Shown: positions 12,733-42,600 of the stretch, one piece after another
Position numbering within the stretch: position 1 is the first letter of the stretch
How the letters are laid out: every line of letters starts with the position of its first letter
Origin: Tubiluchus corallicola
Lineage: Eukaryota; Animalia; Priapulida
NCBI GenBank assembly: GCA_030141605.1
Contig: JAQGDQ010001006.1
Span: forward strand, 1-64,000
DNA length: 64,000 nucleotides
Reading direction: 5' to 3'
Position numbers and translations under genes: made by a program
Notes under the pieces: generated by a model
Told to the model about the DNA's origin: nothing
Database searches by the model: none
Seen by the model: only the letters and a program-made list of their open reading frames with translations

Positions 12733-13047
12733 ATAACACCAAGTTTTGTTGATAAGCGTTTTGCAGTGTTTACAATATCTAAAATATCGTTTTGCTGTAT
12801 GAAAGAGCTTTTGTGTGAGCTGTATAACTATTGTGAGTTTTGGTTTTAAATACGCCCGTCTTGTGTGCGTGTTTAAGCCATTTGAGCTGGATGTTGCACG
12901 GTGCTGACATCTGGCAACGAATGTGCTTGTATTATTGGTAAAATGTCAAAGGACTAAACAGACAAAGTAATAAATGTGTAAAACCCTCATTCTGCCCCAC
13001 TATTCATACGGATGCACACTATTTCATGAAGTTTCAAGAGACAGCTA

Positions 13048-13714
13048 GGAAGACCCAGGTAAAGTGGATCACTTAAGGGTTTTCGCTCATAGAGTTCAAG
13101 ACGTTTGATCTGCAACATTCAATTACATGCCCTATTCTTCCGTAGGAAACTCTGCTATATTCATATGGTAAAAACTTATAATTACTATTACTCGTTTAAC
13201 AGATATTTCCGAAATACGAATGCAAAATTTCTAGGGCAAAGTTGATCTTTTACGGACATAATTGATCATAGGTATGGGCAAAGTGGATCAGTTTAGTTTC
13301 ATCCCTCTATGAGAATTGTTGTGGTCCACTTGAACTGAACGAATATCTCTCAAGCACATTTTCTTGAAATGTTTATACTAACCTTTCTTCTTGAATAGAT
13401 AGATTTCCCATAGATCGGCAAGAAAAAGCTCAGTAGAGAAGCACAGAAGTGCTATTAAACTTGATATTGAACCAAATTGAGTCGACTCAGCAGGTTGTGG
13501 CTCTAATTATCAACTGATTCATGTTTGAAAGGTTATTTTACTACAAAACTTGCAAGTAAAGGTTCATTTAGCATCTTTTTCCTTTAGTTTCAACAACTGA
13601 ATAAAATCCAACTTCGAATCACTGCGGTCTGCGACAACTGCGACGCCTTACGGAAAAAAGAGCAAACACATTTGATCCGCTTTGCTCAGTGATCCACTTT
13701 ACCCGGGTCTCCCC
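13048..13714. mobile_element. MITE with ~26-bp TIRs and TA TSD (Tc1/mariner-class)
   Basis: ggaagacccaggtaaagtggatcact / agtgatccactttacccgggtctcccc; both ends flanked by TA. Confidence 0.8.
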
Positions 13715-13716
13715 TA

Positions 13717-14127
13717 TAACAAACTAAATGATCTTCAAAATTATGCATTAAGATTAGTCTCTGGCTATTCAAATAAATCGTCTCTCATCACAAATCAAAC
13801 CTCTGCAACAGAATTAAGAACAATTTTTAAAATCCCAATTTTACAAGCACATAAAGACATCTACACAATCATATTTCTGTACAAATATATCAACAATATT
13901 AACACGCCCTTCATCAAAAATAAGCTTCCACTCCTCTTACAGCCAACATTAAATCCAAGAACACACAGTAGTAAACAAACACGCTCTAATAACAAACACG
14001 GCAACATTCTATATCACTAAACAAGGAGTTCAACTCTGGAATACCCTGCCATCAAATTTAAAACAAATCAAATCTTTCTGATCGATTTCTGCACTCTATA
14101 AATAAATTATCATTATCTCAGTAGATA
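13717..14127 (+). mobile_element. Decayed LINE ORF2 C-terminal fragment
   Basis: KLNDLQNYALRLVSG...LRTIFKIPIL...G.QLWNTLP resembles the post-RT C-terminus of CR1/L2-type LINEs. Confidence 0.55.
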
Positions 14128-14394
14128 AATTTACATTCCTGTCAACCTATACGGTTTGGCCGTATTGCTGTACGGGAAAAATGCATTTTTGGCCCAATAC
14201 GGCTTACAAGAAAATCCATACGGCGAAAAGAAAAATGTTGCTCAGCGAAAATAATCGCATCGAATATTCCCTTTTCGATCGGTACTTTCATGCAGACGAT
14301 CTTACTTCCGTTCAAACGTTGTCATTGCGCACACTCAGCTAATAATTTTTAACATCCGGCTAACCACTTCCGCTATTTCATTCGTGAAAAAAAC

Positions 14395-17888
<3,494 letters not shown>

Positions 17889-18818
17889 TTGTTCATTGCA
17901 GCCAGCCATTGTCATACTAAAAACATTTCAGTTTTGCAGTAAAGTAATTCAGTGACTGTATAACAGGATATAAGGAAGAATGTGAGATTAACTTGAACCC
18001 TCTCTCGTTTTTATGTGTTTTGCCTTTTTTTTAATTTATATGTATATATAAAGTTAAGTGTTTGTTACAAAATTCCATCTGATATGCATACATAAATAAT
18101 ATCACACCATAACTAAATAGTTTTTTTCATGAAAACAAGACAATAAAATCATGTTCCAATGATTTTTTGTTGTTGTGTGGACTGATATGCGATCTCGTGA
18201 CTGGTCTGTTTCTGTTGGCTCCCAGCAAATTAACATATTTTCAGATTCGGTAAGGTCCCGTGCTGTCTTATAAGGTTTAGCAAGACCCTATATAAGGACA
18301 ACGCTAATAACAGGTTGACAGGTATGAATTTACTTTTTTTAAATACAAAATCTATGGGCAACACAACTGTCAATTTTCAAAGACGCTTCACAAAGATACC
18401 TAAAATAATCATGACGCAGGTTTACAAGATTAAACAGTAATCCTACTAAAATTCATAAAATTACAATAAGTAAATGCATAAAAAACACAGAGATTCACAA
18501 AATACAAGCATATAACGAGAAAACAATATTTAATTACTTTAAAGATTGTATGCTATTTTAAATTAAAATATTTTAATTTGTACTTTAAAAGTGTTAGTGT
18601 ACGAGAATATCCTGATCCTGCGAGAGCACATGACGTACAGCCATAGTGGAACAGCGCACTCTATGAACCGTAAACAAAAACTATAAAACTTTCAAAACAA
18701 TGACGCATCGTTTAGTTTAGAACGTTGTAAAAGATTCTTCGCAAAGCTCTGCTAGCTAACAACAAGTTATAGGTTAATGGACGTTACATTCGACGTTGTT
18801 TAACTTCATAAATTCACT

Positions 18819-32393
<13,575 letters not shown>

Positions 32394-32879
32394 AAACGTG
32401 TAATCTTGCAAACTGAACTCTGTCGAAATCGTAACTAGTCTAATAAAGAGATCTGTTGAATATAAAATTTCTGTTATGCAGTTCAATTTACCTGATACAG
32501 TTCTTGCTAGGTTTTTAATAAAAAGAAGCCAGACAATTATGGCTTCATTAAAGTACAGTCGCATCAGGGTAGAAGTCAAAAATACCATTCCGCTGTCAAG
32601 TTTTGTCACAAACGTGGGAATACTTGTTTATTCATTCACTCACTCACTTACTCATTTTTCACTTATTTGCTAATTCATTTTGCGAGTGAGAGTGTGTGTG
32701 TGTGTGTGCGGGCGTGCGTGTGTGTGTGTGAGTGAGAGAGAGAGAGAGAGAATCAGAAACAGAAAGAGAGGATCGATGAGGAGGGTGGGACTGAGATAGC
32801 AAGATGACGAAAAGGGAGTAGACAGCAATTTGATAAAGTTTACAATTGCCCACAAACAAGAAATTAGTTCGTGAAGCTG

Positions 32880-33156
32880 ATTAGTGTTAGAATTAGTGTT
32901 AGGATTGGGTGGGGTTAGGGTTAGTGTTAGGGTTGGGGTTGGGGTTAGTGTTGGGGTTGGGTTAGGGTTAGGATTGTTTGAGGTTAGGGTTAGTGTTAGG
33001 GTTGGGGTTAGTGTTGGGGTTGGGTTAGGGTTAGGATTTGGTGAGGTTAGAGTTAGTGTTAGGGTTAGGTTAGTGCTAGGGTTGTGTTGGGCTAGGGTTA
33101 GGGTTGGGTGGGGTTAGGGTTGGGTGGGGTTAAGGTTAGGGTTAGGATTAGGGTAT
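32880..33156 (+). repeat. Degenerate telomere-like (TTAGGG/TTGGGG/TTAGTG)n tract
   Basis: Directly visible, interstitial. Confidence 0.85.
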
Positions 33157-33666
33157 TGAAATTGTGTGGGAAACTCCTTCCGTTTTATTCTTTATTGCTT
33201 CTATTATCCTTATCTAATATTTCAGCTATTGAGTCTTGCAGGTGAGTAAATTATCCTGAATAAGAAACTATAATTAAATTTTGTAAAAAAACTTAAGTTT
33301 ATTTTTGATAAAAAACCTTACTCTCGTTGAAGGTCATTATTAAAGTTTAATAAAGTGTAAAATATAGACATAAAACAAAGATGGACACGGGAAAAAGTAG
33401 ATTTAATTAGATTATTATAAAAACAAGTTCAAATTTTAATATCTACGTGTATTCTAAAAGAAATATGATAAATAATACAAAACGAATCTGGACTTCTGCA
33501 TTATGACATTATAATGACGTAAATAGTAATATTATTTTTTACTTTGTTATTCTATTTTTTTGTTATTCATATAACCACACTTTGTATGCTTACAGCACTT
33601 GCATATTGTTTCTTTTAGACCTCCCTGTAGAAGCCATATCCATAAACTCCCAACACATGTAGGAAA

Positions 33667-36600
33667 CTAACAATCAGAACATAATTGTTCTCTGTTGTTA
33701 CATTGATCACATGCAAACAAATATATGTATTCAATGCAAAATACGATAAAGGAAATGACGACACCGGAAATATAAAGCACAAAGACTCCCACAATGTCTG
33801 CCATTCTAAATGGTCTGTAAACGCTGCTGTGTTCTTTGTCACATTTTATTCTCGGTTCTGCTTCTAATATCCATTTATTCATGTAACCAGATACAATCAT
33901 TCTTTGAATTCTGAAATGAAATAAACAAATTCTTATACAATGTTTTCACTGAGTACTATAGATATATCTTTTATTAATGAAACCAAAAAAGAAGATTAAA
34001 TAATACATTAATAATACAAGGGCACAAACTGAAAATAGAAAACAACAGATTAGAATTTAACTCTAATAAAACAAACATCAAAATAAAAGATGATATAATG
34101 GAAAAATTGCAGAGAAACGTAAAACTTACCTGAAAATGAGAACCAGACAAGAGCACAACATAGTAAACAATTAGTTCAAATATACATAATGAAGAACCAC
34201 AGCAGTAAGCATAATAAGAATAAGACACAACTGTTGGGAGCCAAGTGGACCACTGAGCCAAGTAGACCAATTGGTCTACTTGGGCTAGCCCAAGGAGGAC
34301 ACTAGTGACAGGTCGTGAATTGAGTCGTTAAGTGTACTGACACCGTCAGTTGTCCTTGTTTATGTAATAATAATAATTAAAAACGTTAGTACACGTTGAA
34401 TAATTTATTATACATCTAATAAAATAAAAGAATTTTATTCTGAGCTGGTAGAACGGACAATATTAAATTTGGTTTCGATATTAATGTTGTTGAAGTGAAA
34501 AAAAAAACACTTTTTTGCGAATACAAAATTTGTTTAAGGTATATCATTTTTGATTTTGTCTCGCTTCACAAACAGGTGATCCGTTTCACTACCTCTTGGG
34601 CAAATAATTGTTTTCTTATAAGTAAATGTTCTAGCGATCTATGTGTCCTACATGGGCTAGCGAGCCATGTAGGACAGCGCCCTACATGTTACAATACTAC
34701 TGATAATATTAAAACTAATTATCCTTGCTTTTCTTAAACGTTAAAAATTACTTTTTTACCAACAAGTTTTTTACCAACCAACAAGCACAATTTTTAATAA
34801 AATGAAGAAACTTTCACAGAATTTTCAAAAATTTGACAAAATTACCGATTCTCGACAAAAATCGCTAGTGTCCTACTTGGGCTGCCCATGTAGCGCATCG
34901 GTTTTACCGGAAGTGGTCTACTTGGCTCAGTGGTCAACTCGGCTCCCTACAACAACTTCTACATTTTGCACAATTTACACAAGCGGGAACTACAATAAGG
35001 GAAATCAGCTCAACATGTGAGTGTGACACAGAGACGATCGTCACTCAGTAAACATGATGTGTCCTAGAAACTGGCTCTTTCACGCATGTAGATTTTTTAC
35101 AGTTCAAACATGAAGAGAATCAAATACGTTCACATAAGATTTGTAATTTTACCTAAGTTGTGACATACCCGTTATTAAAAAGCTCCAAATACGGGCTATT
35201 CTTTTGCACAGGGAAAGCGAACTGTTGAACAAAGAAGTTATCCTTGGCGATATATACAGGACATTTTCCAGTTCTGTAAAAGTCTTCGACCATTTCTGCT
35301 CGCAAACTCTGATGTCCTGATATCCAGGCATTATTGTTTTCTTTAACTTTGTGAAAAGCTTCTGAAGTATACTGGAAATGTCTGTTAGGATTTTCAATAA
35401 ATTTCCTCCATATTTCCTTTTGAAAGCGAGTTTGTCCGTTCTGAAAGAAGTTTAAAGAACACTTTTAGTATTGAGACTGAATTGAAAAAACGCTTTGATT
35501 TAGCGTTACATACATTTTCACTCTTTTCTTAACTTATTCTGTTACCAATGAGCCACTCTGTGATTTGACCTGGCGGCTTATTTCCAATTATTTCCCTCAT
35601 TTTAGTGGCAAATTGTTGTGTTTTGTTTCTCTCGGAAGGCTCGTAGAGAAAACCAGAAAACATTTCGTCAAATTAAACTAGTTTATTAAGCGAGAATTCT
35701 GCAACACAAAAGTTTGAAGGAACACGAAATGATTACACTAAACGTGAAAATCTGGAAAACGTTTGAGTGTATCTGAAAATGTAAGTATACAAGAGAATGT
35801 GTAAGTGGCGTCCATGTGAATCTGTGTGTGCTCTCGTCTCAGCGGCCTGCTTCGCCTTATATAGCGCGTCCAAGAAGCTTCCAGAAGTTTTGTTCCAGAA
35901 CATTCCACACGGTAAGACGCTTATTCTAACCGAAAATTCTACAATGTTCCATGCAATTCTAATAGACGCCAGCGATCTCCACAACACAAACCTTCATGCC
36001 GCTCACTGATCAGCTTTTACAGTTTACCAACAATATTAAATTTTAATCAAAGCAAAGTTACTAAAATGACTGATAAATAAAACATTGCAATATTTTAATG
36101 TTGTACTGAGAAACTGAGAAGCAGACACTTAATAAATGTGGTATGATATACAAGTACCTTAAAGTACGTTTCCCAGCTACTTTTGTGCTCGAATATAGGC
36201 TTGATGATATTCTGTGCACTCAATTCTTGAACGGTTTTTACTGGAAGTTTCAAAGGAGCTGGCAAAGTTAAGAATGCAACCAGATTTCCTGTATAAACTG
36301 CAGCTAATGTAACTACGAACAGCCACCAAGAACCAATCAGAACACGACACGTTGAACTTCTTGGCTGCGCAGCAAAGCCTGCAAATGTTTCGAAGTACTA
36401 TAAAAGAATTGCTGGATCTACCATTTTCTTCACGCTCGATCATCGCATTCTATACCACCAGTGATTGAGAGAGAAAAGTTTGCCAAGAAAACGGAGGCAA
36501 AGTTGGCTTCTACTAGTCTAATAATCTACTAGACTACTTGACTAGGAGTCTCCTAGAGTAAACCAGTTATTGCTTTCATATAAACAATAAACAGCTTAGT

Positions 36601-39549
36601 TTAGTGATAGTTACTTACTTTGCTTAGAAGTAGCTCTTAACAACAGCTCAAACCACTGGTACAGTGACAATGGCGACGACCTTTTCATCAAGCACGTTCT
36701 GTTGGCCTCTATGACACGAGCCACAATGGTCATTATTAGCAAACTACCAATAAAAGAATACCACACCTGTAAAATATAATATCATCATCAAATTGTCAAA
36801 TGCAGATTAAGTCTAAAGTAGGTGTTGGGCAGCCAGAAATTCTAATACAGTCAAACCTCCTTATACCGCCCACTTTGGGATGGGGCGCAAATTGGCGTTA
36901 TGACGAGTTTGGCGTTATAACGAGATGCGTTATATTTTGCCACAGACGAGTCACATCAGTCAGACAGCAGGACACGAATTAGAGGCTCAATTTTCACTCT
37001 AAAAGGTAATGAATTTAAAGAAAATTATAGTAATTAATCATTATTGACATTTTGTTTACATAATAAACGTGTCTTGCATTCAATTATAAACATCTAATTG
37101 GCTGTAGGCCTACTGCTCCGCTAAACAATAACCATATATATGTAAAAAATGTTAAGTTTCGACTACAAGTTTCTTGCCGGGATTTGTTTAGGATGATTCT
37201 TAGGAAACGAGCAAATATCACGGCAAATATCATTTATGTGGCGAAAAAGAACCACACGTTTTCTTGTCAGTTGCTGTTATGATTGCGTGGCACATTGACA
37301 ATAATATCAGAGGAATCAGTCACTTTACATTGTGAATGTACGATGTACAGTACGGCTTGAAAACAATGAGAACATGATAACATGCATTATTTTGTACAAC
37401 ACGTGACGTCTAGTCAGAGTAAATTACCCAGCCGAGCGTATAGCTGCTATAATATCAAGACCACTGGCGTGGTTGGCAGTTTTTTCCCCATTAAGCAAAT
37501 TTGCCGGGCTGGTGGCAGGTAAGAAGTGGCAGCATAACAGGTTATCTTTATATACAGTTTAATGCAGCCGTTTTGTATAGCTGCTATAATATCAAGACCA
37601 CTGGCGTGGTTGGCAGTTTTTTCCCCATTAAGCAAATTTGCCGGGCTGGTGGCAGGTAAGAAGTGGCGGCATAACAGGTTATCTTTATATACAGTTTAAT
37701 GCAGCCGTTTTGTTGTGTTTTGTGGGTGGTTGGGTTTTTTTTGTTTGGGGTGGTGGGGTGGTGGGGTAACAGGTTATCTTTATATACAGTTTAATACAGC
37801 CGTTTTGTTTCTGCCCATTTTTGGTTAGACAAGTTTAGCGGTACAGTATAACGAGGTTTGACTGTATAAAAGAATTTGGTAAACACAGGTAAACTGGTAA
37901 ACACAGCAGTTGGATTTAATCCAGCAAAAACAATGCTGTTATACTACACGCTGTTACATACCAGTAGCTTGTCAGCACCACTTACGATATATATATATAT
38001 ATATAACAGGACTAACAAATGAATAGTTACACATTGAACATATTCTTTGAAGAATTAGACATTGTATATCAAGATATTCTTTAAAAAGTTGACATTCTGC
38101 ACCTAACTACATGTAGTAAATGCCTACATTGCCTGATGTACAAAATACCTGAAGTAGTCTTTCAGTTACATGAAAATGAACTTGCAAAATTCGTAAAATA
38201 TTACCTGTGACGAAAACGGAGCAATGAACGCACGATAATTTAACGTTTGTACTGGTCGCTTTATCATAAATGTACCACGTGAATCACAGTATGGAACTGT
38301 GAAATCTGCAACTTCTAACCTTTCATGTAACACGGTGAACGTACCGATAGCAAGTTCAACTTCCTGAAAAATGAAATCACAGAAACATTATTTCAATTTC
38401 AAAGTAGCCAAAATAGCCAACACTCTTGCATTGATTCTTACACACAGAGATTCTCATATCTGCGATAACCATGCTGAAATGTCTTTCAAATATCATGCGT
38501 GGACAGATCTGTGGCTTCAAGCAGATGTAGTAATATTATAAGCAAGCAAAGATTGCCTAGTGCTGGGAATTACTACTGCATGAAGTAGCATCGCATAGCA
38601 TAGCTCACAATTTTGTCCAGCACTTCAAAACCAAAACTTAAACAGCATAGCATTTTGATATGTTGCATCTGGTGAGCAATGATGACGTTTGTCACCGCAT
38701 CTAAAAAAGGTTTTCTAGATACATTCTTTAACTTCTTTATTTTTAATTAAATGAACTCTTAAATGAAATGAAATAAATATACACCAGTCCCACTCAAACT
38801 CAGTCATCAACATGTCTTCTGAAAGTTAGCTATAAACCTTAACTGATAAGTATGTGAAGCTTTCATTAAATGGTTGGAAAAATAATCTAAGCTTCTGTTC
38901 TTTCATACTTTCGTACTCTTAATTGTGGTATAGATCAATTACTTATTAAACTACCTTTCTAGAAATCATTCCCATCATCCCACTCCAAGAGCCATTTGCT
39001 TGTTTAGAACCGTACTTTCCATCCACACTGGGTATCAAATCATACCTTAAAAATGTAAAAAAACAAGAAGGAAACGTGACTTTGAAAAAATGAAACAACG
39101 AGCGTACATCAAACAGTGGAACAGTAATATGTATTTTCAATGATGATGCTGATATAAGAGGCAATACGTTAAGGTTATTTGCTGTTAGAATTATACTGAC
39201 GCTTGGCTGTTAATGATGAAACGGATAAGCTATGAATAGATCACTCAAGTTTGTTCACACCAAAGCTGCTCTTATATTTACTAATGACTTATATTATGAC
39301 TGGGCTCGGTATAGGCACGATCAGATTGTGGATTAAAGTGATATTTTACCATTTGTTTAAATGTTAATTTTGTTTACAATCATCTGATTCTTATAGTCAA
39401 AATCTCAATAATTGTAAACTAGTATAAAATTGATTTCCGATATGAATTAAAGGACTTATCTGTTTGGTGCTTGTCACAGTAAGCAACATAGATTACAAAA
39501 ATGAAAGTTGAGAAAAGCAACCAGGGAGAAAAGTGAGAGAGATATAGAG

Positions 39550-39610
<61 letters not shown>

Positions 39611-42600
39611 AATGAAATATACATACGTGAAATTAAACATGTCTGCCAAACCATTGAGAATATTGATGATCAGTCCGGAATGATTTGTGCCAGCTTCTGA
39701 ATTTCCAGGAAGAAGATATGATGCAGACTAAAACGGCAAAAACAAAATAGCTACATAACTGCAAAAGTATAGAAGAGTAACTAATGTAAGTACATAATTC
39801 ATTTACATAGGTATTATGCATACACTTCAAAGAGCATGAAAAACACTCGCCGTAATCAAAAGCTGTACAGCTTAGATGACGATAGCTTTATAATAAAAAA
39901 ATAGGTCTTATACAGTGTTAAATAAAAAACTTTACGAACAGCAAGCCGTTTAATACAAAAGGATGCATCTGGCTGTAACAATAATAGAAAAAAAGCAGCG
40001 CGTCGTGACCAGAAGGTGACAGAATCATGTCAGTCCATGAATGATTCATTTATGATGAGATGATAATCACGATAACAATGATGAAGATGGAAAAGATGGC
40101 AATGACAAGAGCAAATAATCGTACAGTAATCATTTGTTATCAATTATAATTTATTTATTTAGGGTGCTTAGCTAATTAATTTCGTATCACATTTAAAATC
40201 GCCCAAAAATTTAAGATTGTAAAATTGTGTAAACATACTTGATTGATCATTGCTCCAACTCTAATGTTTCTTCCATTTAATTTATACTTTGTCATTGGAA
40301 ATAAATATTCTTCCTTCACGAGACCTTTTTCCTGGAAAACAGATAGACATTAATAGGTTTGCAGGCTAATGGTTTGCGAAATACTTGTAGACCTATTTGA
40401 GCAAGTTACATAAAAGCTTGAATTAATACCAAAAAATTATATATGAAGTCTAAAAAATTGAAATTGAAAAAACCCAAACTCGTTTCCTTAAAGTTAAATC
40501 ATTCAGACCTTATTGGGTAGCATCAATTTCTGAAGTGTATTTCTGATGCCACGTGGGGTCTCAGATGCTGACACTGTCGTGATGGTGTAAAGGTTAATAT
40601 CTTTGCTCTGCAAAGTCAGAAGAAAATATTTATGCAACATAAGATGAAATTAAAGCTGAATAAGACATGAAACGTGGAATGCCGTTGTCTCTCATGACAA
40701 GTTAGTAAACAGTTATAGGCAGACCCATTTAAAGTAAAGGCATAAATCACAACTCACGATATGTCACTTCATCACAAGCTTTAGCATGATTGCTAACTTG
40801 TGAATATTGCTATGATCTAATGTGAAATTCATCCAGTTCTAATGAGAAAATTTTTCATGCTTTTATAAAACGAAATTTACGAAATTGAGCTTACCTATTG
40901 TTTTAGTTATTAGTGTAAGATTTTCATTAATTGCTATAATTCTACTGTTTCTCCTTAAATGTAGTTTATCAGAGTTTTAAAATAATACAATGTTCTACAG
41001 AATAAATGTGTTGAAAATTGTAATTGCAATTCTAAAACTTTTTGCGTACTAAACTTTGTCATAATTATGACATAACATAAGATAATATAACATAATTTTA
41101 ATATTTAACTATTGTAAATACCGTTTACCAAAATTATTATTATTATTGTATGGCGATTATACCCCATGTGCAGGGTTCTGTCTGTGTAGTTTTCCACTGT
41201 AATGTGTTGCATTGTTTGTATAATGAATTTTGTAATGAATAGTAAAATCGTCAATAATTATCTATCTAAATAAATTACTATCTATAGCAGTTTTCTTAGA
41301 GAGTTAGAGATTTGGTCGCATATATTGTCAGAGAGGAACTCGCAGTAACTTTTGCTTTGAGTGTGAATCAGCTTGCAAGTTTCTTTTTGGCGAGTTACTT
41401 ACAAGTTTCATAACGAGAAGTATGTACCAACCTTATTAAATGAAGAATGTGGTGGACTAATAATGAGCGCATGCGTAAATGCTGGAATGACGTCAGTAAG
41501 AGCTTGAGGCTTATCTTCTAATAGAAATATCCATCGATTGACGAAATCAAATCTATTGGAAGACGTTACCTGCAAAAAGTTTGGAGTGTTTGTCATAAAT
41601 GCACAATGATAACACTTCTAAACCGTTAAGCAACGCGTGCCATCTTATGACAAAATATATGAACAGCCTACCGTTACTTTCATTACTGAATCATTTATTT
41701 AAGAAATATTATTATTATTAATATCAATATTATTTTACATCGAACAAACGTTACATAAGTAGTTCATAAAAAAGTGTTAGCAGGCAAGATTATCACACGA
41801 TTGGTAATAAAAACAACATGACATAGTAAAAAAATTAATGGGCCTAGTATTTTTGCTAAAATATTTAAGTAGCACAATTTCTTTCAAATTAACGTATTAC
41901 AATATAATTTAGAATTGATTAAAATGGCGTTCTTTGGACAATACAACGATAATTTCAAATATTTTATTGGCCTCGAATATTTTATTCGAACTGAAATTCC
42001 AATTTATAATCTGCTCTAGATCTTTGCATAGAAATTTTTGTAAGGGAATCAGACTAATTCTGAAACATTGGATGACTCATTCTTAAAGTTTATTGGTTTT
42101 GATCAGTATGGAAATTTATAAAAAGCATATCGTATTTATGCCAGAGGTAGAACATGGAGGCAATTTACAAAATCTGCAAACCCTTTGGAAAGAAATACTT
42201 ACCACTTCCACAAGACTGGAGGAACTTAGTGAGTTTCCAAAGACCACAAAGTTGTTAATATTCTGCTTTTTAGAGACGAAGAGTTGCCACATTGCCTTAA
42301 GGTTGTCATTTATCAATGTTACAGTCATGACTTTGGTATTATTAAAAATATAATATGTAAAATCCTCAAAGCAGTTAGGTCTACCTATAATAAAAAGAAT
42401 AACTATACATTGCAGAACAGTAAGCAAATTCACTATACATAACTTCGGGCTGGCCTGATCATCTGACATGAAGCCTACAGAGGCCTCTTATTATCATTAA
42501 TAAAAACAAATTTAAGCTCATTAGCGACAAATTATGATAGTAACGAGATGAAGGCATTTCATTTGTGTTAACTGAAAGTAAATAATATTGTATTTATGGA

